A DNA stretch of 44,104 bases from assembly GCF_004010195.1 (NCBI RefSeq), contig NC_057718.1:89423022-89467125 (forward strand), given 5' to 3'. This stretch comes from Chiloscyllium plagiosum (lineage: Eukaryota). The notes under the pieces were generated by a model that made no database searches, was not told the origin of the DNA, and saw only the letters and a list, made by a program, of their open reading frames with translations. Both the position numbers and the translations under genes were made by a program. Below, one piece after another: positions 34,052 through 44,104 of this stretch. Positions within the stretch are counted from its first letter, which is position 1, and every line of letters begins with the position of its first letter.

Positions 34052-36350
34052 CCTTCCCTCCACCACTGCCTTCTGAGGCAGAGAAAGTTCCAAAGTCCTC
34101 AATCCTCTCAGAGACAATGAATTCTCCACATTGCTGTTCTGAGTGAGTGACCCCCCCATTGTAAAACAGTGCCCCCTTTATTGTGGGCTGACCCACAGCA
34201 GGGAAGATCCTTTCCGCACCCACTTCGACGAGACCATTCGGGATGTGGTGAACCTCACGCAAATCACCCCTTGCTCTTCAGTGAAACCAAGCTCCACCTG
34301 TCCAATCTTTCCTCATAAGACAACCCACTCATTCCATCCAGTAAATGAGACAAAGAACCAGAACTTCTGGAAGTCAGAAACCAAAGCAGAAATGGCTGGA
34401 AGAACTCAGCAGGTCTGTGGAGAGAAAGCAGGGTTTCACAACTAGTGACCCTTCTTCAGAAGTCAAGCACGCGGTCAATCCAGTAAACCCCCTCTGAACA
34501 CCTTTTACATCCTTTCTTAAATAAATGGACCAGAACTGAACACCGTGTTCAAGACATAGTCTCACCAACACCCTGTGTAGCTGATCCATAACCTCTTCAC
34601 ACTTACTTCAATTCCTCTAGCATGCTGTATCCAAGTATTAACCTTGAACCATTCATGCACTATAGCAGCTTTGCAATGCAGAATTCGGTAGCCGTAATCC
34701 ATTTAAATCATACTCTACTTTTTTATTCTTTCTGCCAAAATGAATACCTTCACATTTTCCCACGTTTACTCCACTTGACAATTTTTTGCCCATTCACTGC
34801 ATCCCTGTAATGTCAGCTTTGTTACAAACTTGCCTACCTATCATTGCATCATCTTCAAGGGGAGCTACCATCCTTGTCAAAGTCATTGCAACACATGAGA
34901 GCCCAGCACAGACTTGTCACATCCCACCAAATCCAAAACAGACCCATTCATGTATACTCTGTTTTCTCCCAGCCAGCCAATCGTCTACCCCAGCTGCTAT
35001 GTTACCCCTACATCACGAGCTCCCACTTTGTGCGATAGCCTTTTATGATTACATTAGATTCCCTACAGTGGGGAAACAGGCCCTTCGGCCCGACAAGTCC
35101 ACACCGACCCTCTGAACAGCAACCCACCCAGACCCAATCCCCTCTGACTAATGCACCTACAGGTGGTTTACCATGGCCAATACACCTGACCTGTACATTT
35201 TTGGGTTGTGGGAGGAAACCGGAGCACCCGGAGAAAACCCACGCAGACGCGGGGAGAAGGTGCAAACTCCACACAGACAGTTGCCCGAGGTGGGAATTGA
35301 ACCCGGGTCTCTGGCGCTGTGAGGCAGCAGTGCTAACCGCTGAGCCACCGTGCAACTCCTGGTGGCACTTTATGTGGAAACGTGCCAAATGCCTTCTGAA
35401 AATTGAATCAAGCAGAGTAAGTTAACGGGCTGAGTTTCATCCAGAGTCAATGCTACTGCTTCAACAAGCTCCAATAAATTGGTGTGACAGGATTTCTCTT
35501 TGACACGACTACGACTCTGCGTTTACTTTGCGTTTTCCAAGTGCCCTGTTATAACCTCTTTAACGATTGATTCTCACAGCTTTCCCAAGGTAGATATCAA
35601 ACTAACTACAGCATAGTTACCTGTTCTCCTACTCCCTCCCTTCTTGACTAGATTTTTACTATTTTCCTGCCTGATGAAATCTGTCCAGAATCTAAAGCAT
35701 TTTGGAAAATTAACACCAATGCGTCTACTACCTCATTAGCCCCCAGTAGAAGACTCTAAGTGAAGTCCATTAGGATGCAGAGACTAAACTACTCACAGGG
35801 GACCTTGTGTGGTGCGGCGGTAGTGCCCCTATTTCTGGACTGGGAGGCCCAAGGTCAGTCCCACCTGCTCCAGAGGTGGAAAGAACATCTCCGAACAGGT
35901 TGATTAGGAAAAATAGGTTCAATTAAAAAAAAGTACACATTTCAAGTTCCTCCCATCCTTCCACCTCCTGATTTCCAGATATTACTGGACTGTTTTCTGT
36001 ATCATTTACAGTGAATACAGAAGCAAAATATACATTTATTCTATTCACCATTTCTTTATTATCTGCTATTCACTCCCTGTTCTCGACATCTAAAGAACAC
36101 ACATTCCCATTACTCACACATTTCCTGATTATAAACTTATAGAAACTCTTCCTATCCATTTATGTTTCTAGCTAGCTTCTACTCATGCTTTCATTTGTTC
36201 TGATTAATTAATCAGAAATTACTGCTGTCACATTGCACAATATCACATCCAGTATAAACTGTTCCCTGGTTAGTTGTAGAACGTGTTGCTCCCTTGAAAG
36301 CATTCTACACATTCTCTCCTTGATTAAAAATCCACTTCCGTTATATCCTT
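34052..36350 (-). mobile_element. Old fragmented CR1 LINE hosting younger insertions
   Basis: LHRVLVRLCLEHGVQFWSIYLRKDVKGVQRGFTGL (34374..34589) and further decayed RT-like sequence (gatagccttttatg...tgccaaatgccttctgaaaat). Confidence 0.6.
35052..35352 (-). mobile_element. HE1-type V-SINE, full length
   Basis: High similarity to the reverse complement of 11643-11953. Confidence 0.92.
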
Positions 36351-36390
36351 GCTCCGCTAACTTGCCCACACTAGCTCAATGACGTTGCAG

Positions 36391-37278
36391 TCGAGAGTGT
36401 GGTGCTGGGAAAGCACAGCAGGTCAGGCAGTATCCGGGCAGCAGGTGAATCGACGTTTTGGGCAAAAGCCCTTCATCTGGAATGAGGTTTGTGGGTCGGG
36501 GCTGAGAAATGAAAGGNNNNNNNNNNNNNNNNNNNNNNNNNGGTCCGGAGGGCAGTGCTGAGTTGGAGGCTTGGGACTGGGATAATGTGGGGGGAGGGGA
36601 AATGAGGAAGCTGTTAAAATCCACATTTATCCCGTGTGGTTGCAGGGTCCCAAGGCCGAGTATGAGGCGTTCCTCCTCCAGGCTCGGGTGGTAACGGTTT
36701 GGCAGTGGAAGAGGCCCAGGACCTGCATGGCCTTGACGGAGCTGGAGGGGGAGTTGAAGTGTTCAGCCACGGGGCAGTGGGGTTGGTGGGTGCGGGTGTC
36801 CCAGAGATGTTCTCTGAAACAATCCGCAAGAAGGTGCCCTGTCTCCCCAATGGAGAGGAGACCACATCGGGTGCAATGGATACAGTAGATGACCAATGTG
36901 GTCTCCTCTACATCGGGAAGACAGGACGCCTTCTTGTGGATTTCAACAGCTTCCTCTTTTACCCTGCCCCCACATTATCCCAGTCCCAAGCCTCCAACTC
37001 AGCATGGCCCTCCTCATCTGTCCATCACTGCCCCCTCTGACCTATCACTTTCTCCCTCATCTTCATCAACCTATCGCTTTCCCAGCTACCTTCCTCCAAA
37101 CCCCCCCGCCCTCCCGTTTATCTCTCAGCCTGACCCACAAGCCTCATCCCTGATGAAGAGCTTTTGCCTGAAACGTTGATTCTCCTGCTCCTCGGATGCT
37201 GCCTGACCTGCTGTGCTTTTCCAGTATCACACACTCTCGACTCTGATCTCCAGCATCTGCAGTCCTCACTTTTTCTTC
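36391..37278. mobile_element. Inverted Penelope-like element with a GIY-YIG remnant; long form of the mini-element family
   Basis: 16-bp TSD ctcaatgac(g/a)ttgcag (36375-36390 and 37279-37294); minus VIYCIHCTRCGLLSIGETGHLLADCFREHL; plus CGLLYIGKTGRLL; hammerhead-like motifs at ~36452-36479 (minus, mutated core) and 37150-37177 (plus). Confidence 0.88.
36517..36541. other. Assembly gap (25 N)
   Basis: Run of n. Confidence 0.99.
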
Positions 37279-37304
37279 CTCAATGACATTGCAGCCTTAT
37301 ATTA

Positions 37305-38165
37305 TATAAGATAAGGCCATAAGATATCAGAGCAGAATTAGGCCATTCAGCCCATCAAGTCTGCTCCACCATTCGATCATGGCTGACACACTTCCCAATC
37401 TCATTCTCCTGCCTTCTCCTTGTAACCTTTGATCTCCTTACTAATCAAGAACCAATCTATCTCTGTCTTAAGTACACTGAATGACTTGACCTCCACAGCC
37501 TTCTGCGGCAATGAGTTCCACTCCTTGGCCAAAGAAATTCCTCCTCACCTTCGGTCTAAATGTCATCCTTTCACTCTGAGGCTGTGCCCTTAGGTCCTAG
37601 TCTCTCCTACCAGGGGAAACATCTTCTCCATGTCCACTCTATCAAGGGCTCTCAGTACTGTATAAGTTTCAATGAGACCACCCCTCATCGTTCTAAACTC
37701 CACTGAGTATAGTCCCAAAGGTCTCAACTGTTCCTCACATGATACGCCCTTCATCCCTGGGATCAGTCTTGAGAATCTCCTCTGGACCCCCTCCAACACC
37801 AGCACATCCTTCTTTGGATTCGGGGCCCAAAACTGCTCACAACATTCCAAGTATGTTCTGACCAGAGCTTTATACAGCCTCAGTGGTACATCCCTGCTCT
37901 TGTATTCTGGCCCTTTTGAAATAAATGTTAACATTACATTTGCCTTTCTAACTGCCAACCGAACCTGTTGTTAACCTGAAGAAAACCCTGAACTAGGGCT
38001 CCCGTGTTCCCCCGTGCTTCAGATTCCCAAAGCCCTTCCCCATTTTGAAAATATTCTTCCCAACAAAGTGCGTATCCTCACCGTTTCCCACATTGTATTC
38101 CATCTGCCTCTTCTTTGCCCACTCCCCGAGTCAGTCCAAGTCCTCCGATGGGCCGAGTAGCCTAA
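37305..38165 (-). mobile_element. CR1 LINE 3' fragment
   Basis: AVRKANVMLTFISKG...LYKALVRTYLECCEQFWAP and a cataag-type tail. Confidence 0.88.
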
Positions 38166-38277
38166 TTCTCTAGCAGCCCCCCCCCCCCGCCTCCTCAACA
38201 CAGCCTGCCCCGGCCCCAACCCCCCACATCTATTTTAAAACGTGCTTTCGATATTGCCGCCTACTTGAGGAGTTTAC

Positions 38278-38615
38278 CTTTGCAGAACGGCTTGCTGAGC
38301 CTCAGCTTGTTGCTCAGTGTCTGCTCTCCGTTGCCGTAGTGACGCCAAGTTCTGTTCCACATGTTCTCTCCCTGCTGTGCTGATCAATGGCAGGAAGCCG
38401 GGCATTAGTGCCTCCAACTCTCCCAGCCGGCTGGCCAGCTCTGCTTCCGTGGCAAAGAACTCAACGTGCCTTCTCAAGGTCTCCTCCGAAGCTTCAACGT
38501 CCACGCCATCTCCGGTCTGCTGCAAGAGGGCACTGGCATCGTCTAGCCAGCCCCTGGCAGACTGAACTGCCCGCAGGTACTGCTGGACCAGAGTCTGCGC
38601 CTTGTCCAGGGATGT
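38278..38615 (-). CDS. SYNE1: SYNE1 coding exon, 338 bp (TSLDKAQTLVQQY...QQAVLQR)
   Basis: Acceptor ccccaaccag|ACA and donor AG|gtaaac. Phase 0 to 2. Similar to recalled human WLEDAQELLQLAGNGLDVESAEENLKSHMEFFSTE. Confidence 0.93.
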
Positions 38616-38872
38616 CTGGTTGGGGAGTGTGGAACAGAAATTATTGTCAACTCTCGCCACAAAAAACATTCACTACTTGGCCAACAGCGTTCTTAACCTG
38701 CATTGTCTCGTCTTAATCTGCATCAAGGAAAATGATCAGCTCTTCTGTCACTTCTGAGTCATATTTCTCACAAAAGTTATGACTCCCACTTTGCTGCTAC
38801 TGAGGGCCAATAGCCTTGAGAAGAATTTTCACTGACTGGAAGGGCAGACTGGAGACTGGACTATAATACCCA

Positions 38873-38876
38873 CAAG

Positions 38877-38909
<33 letters not shown>

Positions 38910-39280
38910 GACAAAGAGAGACAGAGAGACAGAGAGAGAGAGAGAGACAGAGAGGGAGAGACAAAGAGAGANNNNNNNNNNNNNNNNNNNNNNNNNNNNN
39001 NNNNNNNNNNNNNACAGTGAGACAGAGACAGAGACAGAGAGAGACAGAGAGAGACAGAGAGACAGAGAGACAGAGACAGAGACAGAGACAGAGACAGAGA
39101 GAGACAAAGACAGAGACAGACAGAGAGAAATAGACAGGGATAAGGAGAGAAAGAGAGTGTGTGTTGTAATGCTGGTGAGTGTGTGTGTGTGACAGAGAGA
39201 AGGACAGAGAGAGTGTATGTTGTAATGCTGGGGAGTGAGAGAGAGACAGAGAGAGAGAGTGTGTGTTGTAATGCTGGTGA
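38873..39280. repeat. (AG)/(AGAC) microsatellite with a 42-N gap (38972-39013), followed by three gtgttgtaatgctgg units
   Basis: Visible. Confidence 0.9.
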
Positions 39281-39791
39281 GTGGGTTGCAATACCTTTCA
39301 ATGTCGCTGGGTCAAAATCCCAGAATTTCCTCCCTAAGGGCATTGTGGGTCAACCCACAGCAGGTGGACTGCAGCGGTTTAAGAAGGCAGATCCCCCCCA
39401 CCTTCTCAAGGGGACAACAGGGAACTGGCAATAAATGCTGGGCCCAGCCAGCAACGCCCACATCCCACAAACAAATTTTAAAAATCAGACAAAAGGCTGT
39501 AATGCTGCCGAGAGGGGCCATCAGACTGGACAGTGACCTGTATTGCCAGGGAGAAAGCGATAAGACTAACGGAAGGGCCCTAATACTGGAGTAGAAGCTA
39601 TAATATTCAGGGGAGACTTGTAATATCGTACAGAGGACTGTCAAACCAAAGAGAAAGCTTTTAGACATGGGAGACAGCTCTAAATGAGGTGAAAAAAGAG
39701 AGAAAGAAAGAGCTAGCAATGAAGAGGTATAAGGTGTAATATCAGAGAAAGAGAAACAGAGACATTACTGATCCCAAGAACATTAGTATCA

Positions 39792-40025
39792 AATAATACA
39801 ATGACAATCCCACTATGCCATCATCCCAACAATGATCAAAGGTTAACGAGAGATGGTTTGGCTTCCTATTACCTCTCAGTTTATAACCAACTGACAGCCC
39901 AATGGTACCTAGGGGCAGACCAATAATACAATGACAATCCCACTATGCCATCATCCCAACAATGATCAAAGGTTAACGAGAGATGGTTTGGCTTCCTATT
40001 ACCTCACAGTTTATAACCAACTGAC
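39792..40025. repeat. 104-bp direct duplication (39792-39895 and 39922-40025), one mismatch
   Basis: Visible; period 130 bp. Confidence 0.95.
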
Positions 40026-40029
40026 TAAC

Positions 40030-42190
40030 CTTCTTGCTGCTCAGGGTTTCCTGGACTTCAGCCTCGAGTCTGGAAAGTTCCAGCAGATTGCTCTCCACCT
40101 CTGGAGGCATCAGATCCCTGGACTCGGAGTATTTCTCCTTCTCTTTACTGCTCAATGCCACCATGATCCGAAGACTCGACTGCACCTCTTCCTCGAGGAT
40201 CTGGGATTTCCGGATCTCCTCCTGGACACCCTGGAGATTGACATCCAGGTTCAAGTCGGCACTGAGGTCTCCCTTCACCTGCTGCAGCCAATCCAGAGAG
40301 TGTTGGATTTCCGTCTGGAAGTCAATCGTTTGAACCAGTCTGCTCTCACACTCCATTATCCTGGCGCTGATGGTTCCTTGCGCTGACTGAAGCTCCTCCT
40401 TCCAAGCTTGAAGCTGCTGGCTCCTTGCCTCGCGGGCCCCAGTGTCCAGCTCCGGTGAAAACTGCTCCACTTGCTCGATCAGCCCCTTCAGGAGGGAGCT
40501 GACCTCCTGCACGGTCCCCGCCAGAGCGTGGTAGTTCTTCAGCCTCTCCTCCACTGACAGGGTTTCCTCGTTGACCCGGACGAGCTCTTCGGCCAGGGCG
40601 CGAAGCCGGGCCTCCAGCCTGAGCGAGCAGGCCTCGTGCTCCCGGTAGGCCTCGGCGGTGTCTCCCAGCAGCGCCAGCTGCCGCTCAGCCTGTCGCCTCA
40701 GGCGGCTGTGGAGGCCGGACAGACCCGCCACCTCGTCGGGCATCCAGGGCTGGCCGGAGCTCCGGAAGGTCTCCTTCCTCTGGTTCAGGTCATCCACTGC
40801 CTTGCCCAGGCCCGTCACCTCATCGAGGAGGGCCCGGCAGTCACTGCAGGCTGACTGGGCCTCCTCCGACGAGAGGCTGAGGCGGGCCTTGCTCACCCGG
40901 ACTAGCTGCTCCTCCAGCTCACCCAGGGCCTTGCCAGTCAGGCTGACCAGCGAGGCGTACTCCTGGCGGGCCGCCATGGCCTCCTGGATCTTCTCGGACT
41001 TCTCCTTGGCCAGGCCGACGATGCTGTTGAACTGGCGGGGCAGGGCGTTCAGCTTCTCGTCCAGGAAGGAGTGGTCGGCCTCGCTGAGGGAGGGCAGCAG
41101 CTCACGGCCGGCCCTCTGCACCAGCAGCAGGAGGTTCTCGTGCTCGGCGGACTGTTCCAGAACCTGCCGGTACCTGGCGAGCTGCGAGGACAGCTCCGCG
41201 TCGCTGCCCATCAGGCTGACCTGCGGGAAGGTCACCACGTCGGCCTGCTTCATCCACTGGCACACCCGGTCCAGGTCAGCCTTGAAGTACTTCCTGGAGA
41301 GCAGCACCTTCTCCAGTTCCTGCAGCCGCTGGGCGCCCTCCTGCAAGGCCGAGTCGTAGGTGGCCTGCAGCTCCTGGAGCTGGGCCATGATCTCGGATGT
41401 CTCCTCCTCCGTCGCCTCCTTGGCCAGCTCCCTGCCCTGAGCCCACAGAGCCGCCACGTCCGTCTGGTACTCCTTCAGGCGGCTGCCGACGCTCTTGCAG
41501 CTGCGGATCTGCTTGCCCACCTCAGCCGGCATGAGGGCCGCAGGCTCCTTGGAGGTGGCCACCAACCGGTTCTGCTGGACCCAGCTGCTGGCCAGGCCGA
41601 CGGCCATGAGGAACTGGGTGCGGTCCGACAGGGCCTGGCTCAGGTACTTCCTGCGCTGGCCCACCGCCTCGTGCAGGGAGCCCATCCTCCCGTGCAGCGC
41701 GCTCAGGGCCCTCTGCAGCTGCTGCCTCTCGTCCAGGCCCAGCTGGGCCAAGATCCTCTCGGCCTCCTCCGTCAGCGCCCCATGGGCCAGCTCCTGCGAC
41801 TCCAGCTCGTTGCAGACGGCGATGTGGTCCGGCAGCAGGGTCTGGGCCAGCTCGGCCGGCGGGCTGCACCTCAGGGCTTCGCCGAAGAGCTGGGCCTGCG
41901 CTTCGGCCCACTCCAGCAGGTCGTCCAGCCGGGCCTGGCACTGGCTCAGCTCCTCCAGGACCCGGGCGGACAGCTGGATCTTCTTCTCGATCAGCCCCTC
42001 CAGCTGCACCCACTGTCTCTCCAGGTGACTGCTCTGCTCCTTGATCAGCTCCTTGTCTTCGGGGTCCAGGCGGTCCATCAGCATCTGCTTCTGCTCCTTC
42101 AGGTCGTCCAGGACAAACCTCTGGGCCTGCACCTCACCGGCCAGCTTCCTCAGAGCTTCCAAATGCTCGGCCGTGCTCTCGGCATCGGTC
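40030..42190 (-). CDS. SYNE1: Nesprin-1 (SYNE1) large internal coding exon, 2161 bp, spectrin-repeat rod
   Basis: Acceptor ttttctttctggcag|G at 42190 and donor AAG|gttagt at 40030. Translation (TDAESTAEHLEALRKLA...KEQSSHLERQWVQLE...LSRKYFKADLDRVCQWMKQADVVTFP...EKLNALPRQFN...EEVQSSLRIMVALSSKEKEK) matches human nesprin-1 as recalled (TDAESAVEHLEALKKLA...KQADIVTFPE...EEVQSSLRIMNALS). Phase 2 to phase 0. Confidence 0.95.
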
Positions 42191-42234
42191 CTGCCAGAAA
42201 GAAAACATCATCCTGGGTGAGAACGTGCGAAAGG

Positions 42235-42635
42235 AACACAGGAAACAGCCATTCGGCCCATTGAGCCAGTCAAAGTCATGCTCTGTCATCTCAATGCTAC
42301 ACTCGTCCTCTGCCCCCACACCCCTTGATGCATTTAGCATTGAGACGGTCACTTCCTTCTCTCACAACTTAACCTCCACGGCCTCCTGTGGTTAAGAATT
42401 CAGTAGGTTTATTAGCCACTAAGTGGAGACATTCTTCCTCAACCCAACCCAAAATGGCCTGCTCTGAACCCTGACCCTGAGACCCCTTGGTCTACAGAGC
42501 CCCTCTGAAGCAGACTGACCCAGCTCTGTCAGGATCTGATACACTTCAATGTGCATCTCCCTCTCATTCTTCTGAACTGTGGTAGATAAGAGGCCCAACT
42601 GACCCCACTCTCCCTTGTACAGCAATCCCAGGGAT
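42235..42635 (-). mobile_element. Degraded CR1 3' fragment
   Basis: aggaacacaggaaacagccattcggccc tail; MHIEVYQILTELG. Confidence 0.6.
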
Positions 42636-42638
42636 CAG

Positions 42639-42820
42639 ATTGGTGATTGGAAAGCTCAGCCGGTCAGGAAGCACATCCGAGGAGCAGGAGAATTGACAGG
42701 AATGATGAAGAGCCTATGCTCAATTCTCCAGCTCCTCGGATGCTGCCTGACCTGCTGTGCTTTTCCAGCACCACACTCTCGACTCTGATCCGCAGCATCT
42801 GCAGTCCTCACTTTCTCCCA
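42639..42820. mobile_element. Degenerate palindromic PLE mini-element
   Basis: Inverted arms of the same family; degenerate TSD aat(c/t)ccag(g/a)gatcag at 42624-42638 and 42824-42838. Confidence 0.75.
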
Positions 42821-43164
42821 GTTAATTCCAGAGATCAGTCCCGAGAAACAGTGATGATGGTACCTCCCGGGATATCTCTGTGTCCCGGGATCATGTTTCA
42901 CAGCGGGATCTCTTTGCCTTCCTGGAGCAGCTGCTGTGACTCCCAAGTGATGGGTTAGATCTCTCGGGGCTGAGGGAAGGGGGTTAGGTAAGCAAGAGCT
43001 GGCAATAGGAACATGTCACAAACCTCTCTCACGGCAAGTGGACAGACCCTGTCACGTCAGGGACAGGGCTGCTACAGGTACACAGAGAGATACCAGGCAG
43101 ACAACAGTCAGACAGACTGACTGAGAGAGAGACTGAAAGAAACAGATGACCGGGCAGAGCAATG

Positions 43165-43345
43165 CACTGCAGAGAAAAGGACAAAGCAGCATTTACATAG
43201 CACCAGACCTGTCCGCAGCAGAGCTCAAAACATTTCATCGAGCACCATTTTGAAGTGGAATCAACCCTGCCCTTTTCTTTCCCTTTGCGGGGATAACATC
43301 AGGCAAGCTATGCACAGCAAGATCCCACAGATGTAAATGAAATAA
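43165..43345 (-). mobile_element. DeuSINE 3' fragment
   Basis: Reverse complement ctgtgggatcttgctgtgcata...cacttcaaaa...gctatgtaaatgc. Confidence 0.6.
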
Positions 43346-43379
43346 ATTAAGGGATATCGACAGAGACGGTGAGTCCATC

Positions 43380-43632
43380 TCTCATTCACACACACATATA
43401 CACACTCTCTGACTCTATCTCTCTCTCTCTTACACACACACAGTCTCTCTGTCTCTATCTCTCTCACACACACACAGTCTCTCTGTCTCTATCTCTCTCT
43501 TACACACACACACAGTCTCTCTGTCTCTACCTCTCTCTCTCACACACATATACACACTCTCTCTCTCTCCCTCCCTCCCTCATTCTCACACACATACACA
43601 CACACAACACACACACGTACACACACACATAC
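43380..43632. repeat. (CT)/(CA) compound microsatellite
   Basis: Visible. Confidence 0.9.
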
Positions 43633-44104
43633 AAGTCTGTGGGATAAATTTGCATTTGCAGATTTGTGTTTGCAGAAACATTCTATTTTGTTCAAAAAGC
43701 ACACAATCTGCAGGCAGTCAGTCCACGTGACATTTTATAAATTCCTACTTAGGAAATAGAACCAGTCTGACTCAAGGTTGGAATACAGATAGAGTCTAAC
43801 CTTATACTTGGAATGCATTGTCTGAGTGGTAATGTCACCTTTTCTTTTAAAAAAACCCTTAAATTATCTCAGGAATGTGAATTCAAAGAAGTTCTGAGAT
43901 TTACATATTAATTAATCGAAACCTGAGGTCCCATTCTAAGTGATTAAAGACTGAGCAGCCATCTAGATTAGTTCAATACATTGCCTCAGTTGTACGCCAC
44001 TTTAATCTTTTTCTATAAATTCTGTGTCCTATGATCCTGTCCCACTAGCTACCTGATGAAGGAGCAGAGCTCCGAAAGCTGGTACTTCCAAATGAACCTG
44101 TTGG
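43633..44104 (+). mobile_element. 3' region of another PLE family, with a minimal hammerhead motif at 44050-44084, running off the window
   Basis: UAC-CUGAUGA-A-GGAGC-AGA-GCUCC-GAA-AGCU-G-GUA; follows a microsatellite. Confidence 0.6.

Noticed and set aside
38797..39343. Ser/Leu-rich ORFs
   Set aside because: Microsatellite translations spanning an assembly gap.
41071..42264. 397-aa plus-strand ORF (and other overlapping ORFs of 163-233 aa)
   Set aside because: It is exactly codon-in-register antisense to the SYNE1 exon. The lack of stops follows from the exon's GC-rich codon usage avoiding TTA, CTA and TCA, so it is a shadow ORF.

Overview
Eukaryotic (vertebrate) genomic DNA, almost certainly from a shark or other elasmobranch: it carries HE1-type V-SINEs, HER1/CR1 LINEs and SacSINE1-type DeuSINEs. 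The window lies inside the SYNE1 (nesprin-1 giant) gene on the minus strand. Eleven consecutive spectrin-repeat-rod coding exons (42190 down to 5472) have GT-AG boundaries and compatible phases. They join into one open frame of 4108 nt (1 nt + 1369 codons) that is collinear with human nesprin-1 as I recall it; the gene continues beyond both window edges. Introns are packed with decayed transposons, often nested. The most unusual signal is a set of Penelope-like element (PLE) insertions from about four families. They carry minimal hammerhead-ribozyme motifs and share an inverted architecture (one arm with a ~35-nt tail, one without) flanked by 12-17 bp target-site duplications, including ~150-230 bp palindromic mini-elements. 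Other points of interest are an inverted SINE pair tightly bracketing a frame-symmetric exon, a long inverted CR1 pair, a CpG-rich 2161-bp exon, two solo LTR-like elements and a poly(A)-signal-terminated retro-insert. Family names and homology statements come from recalled sequences, not from database searches. Repeat boundaries are approximate unless a TSD fixes them.
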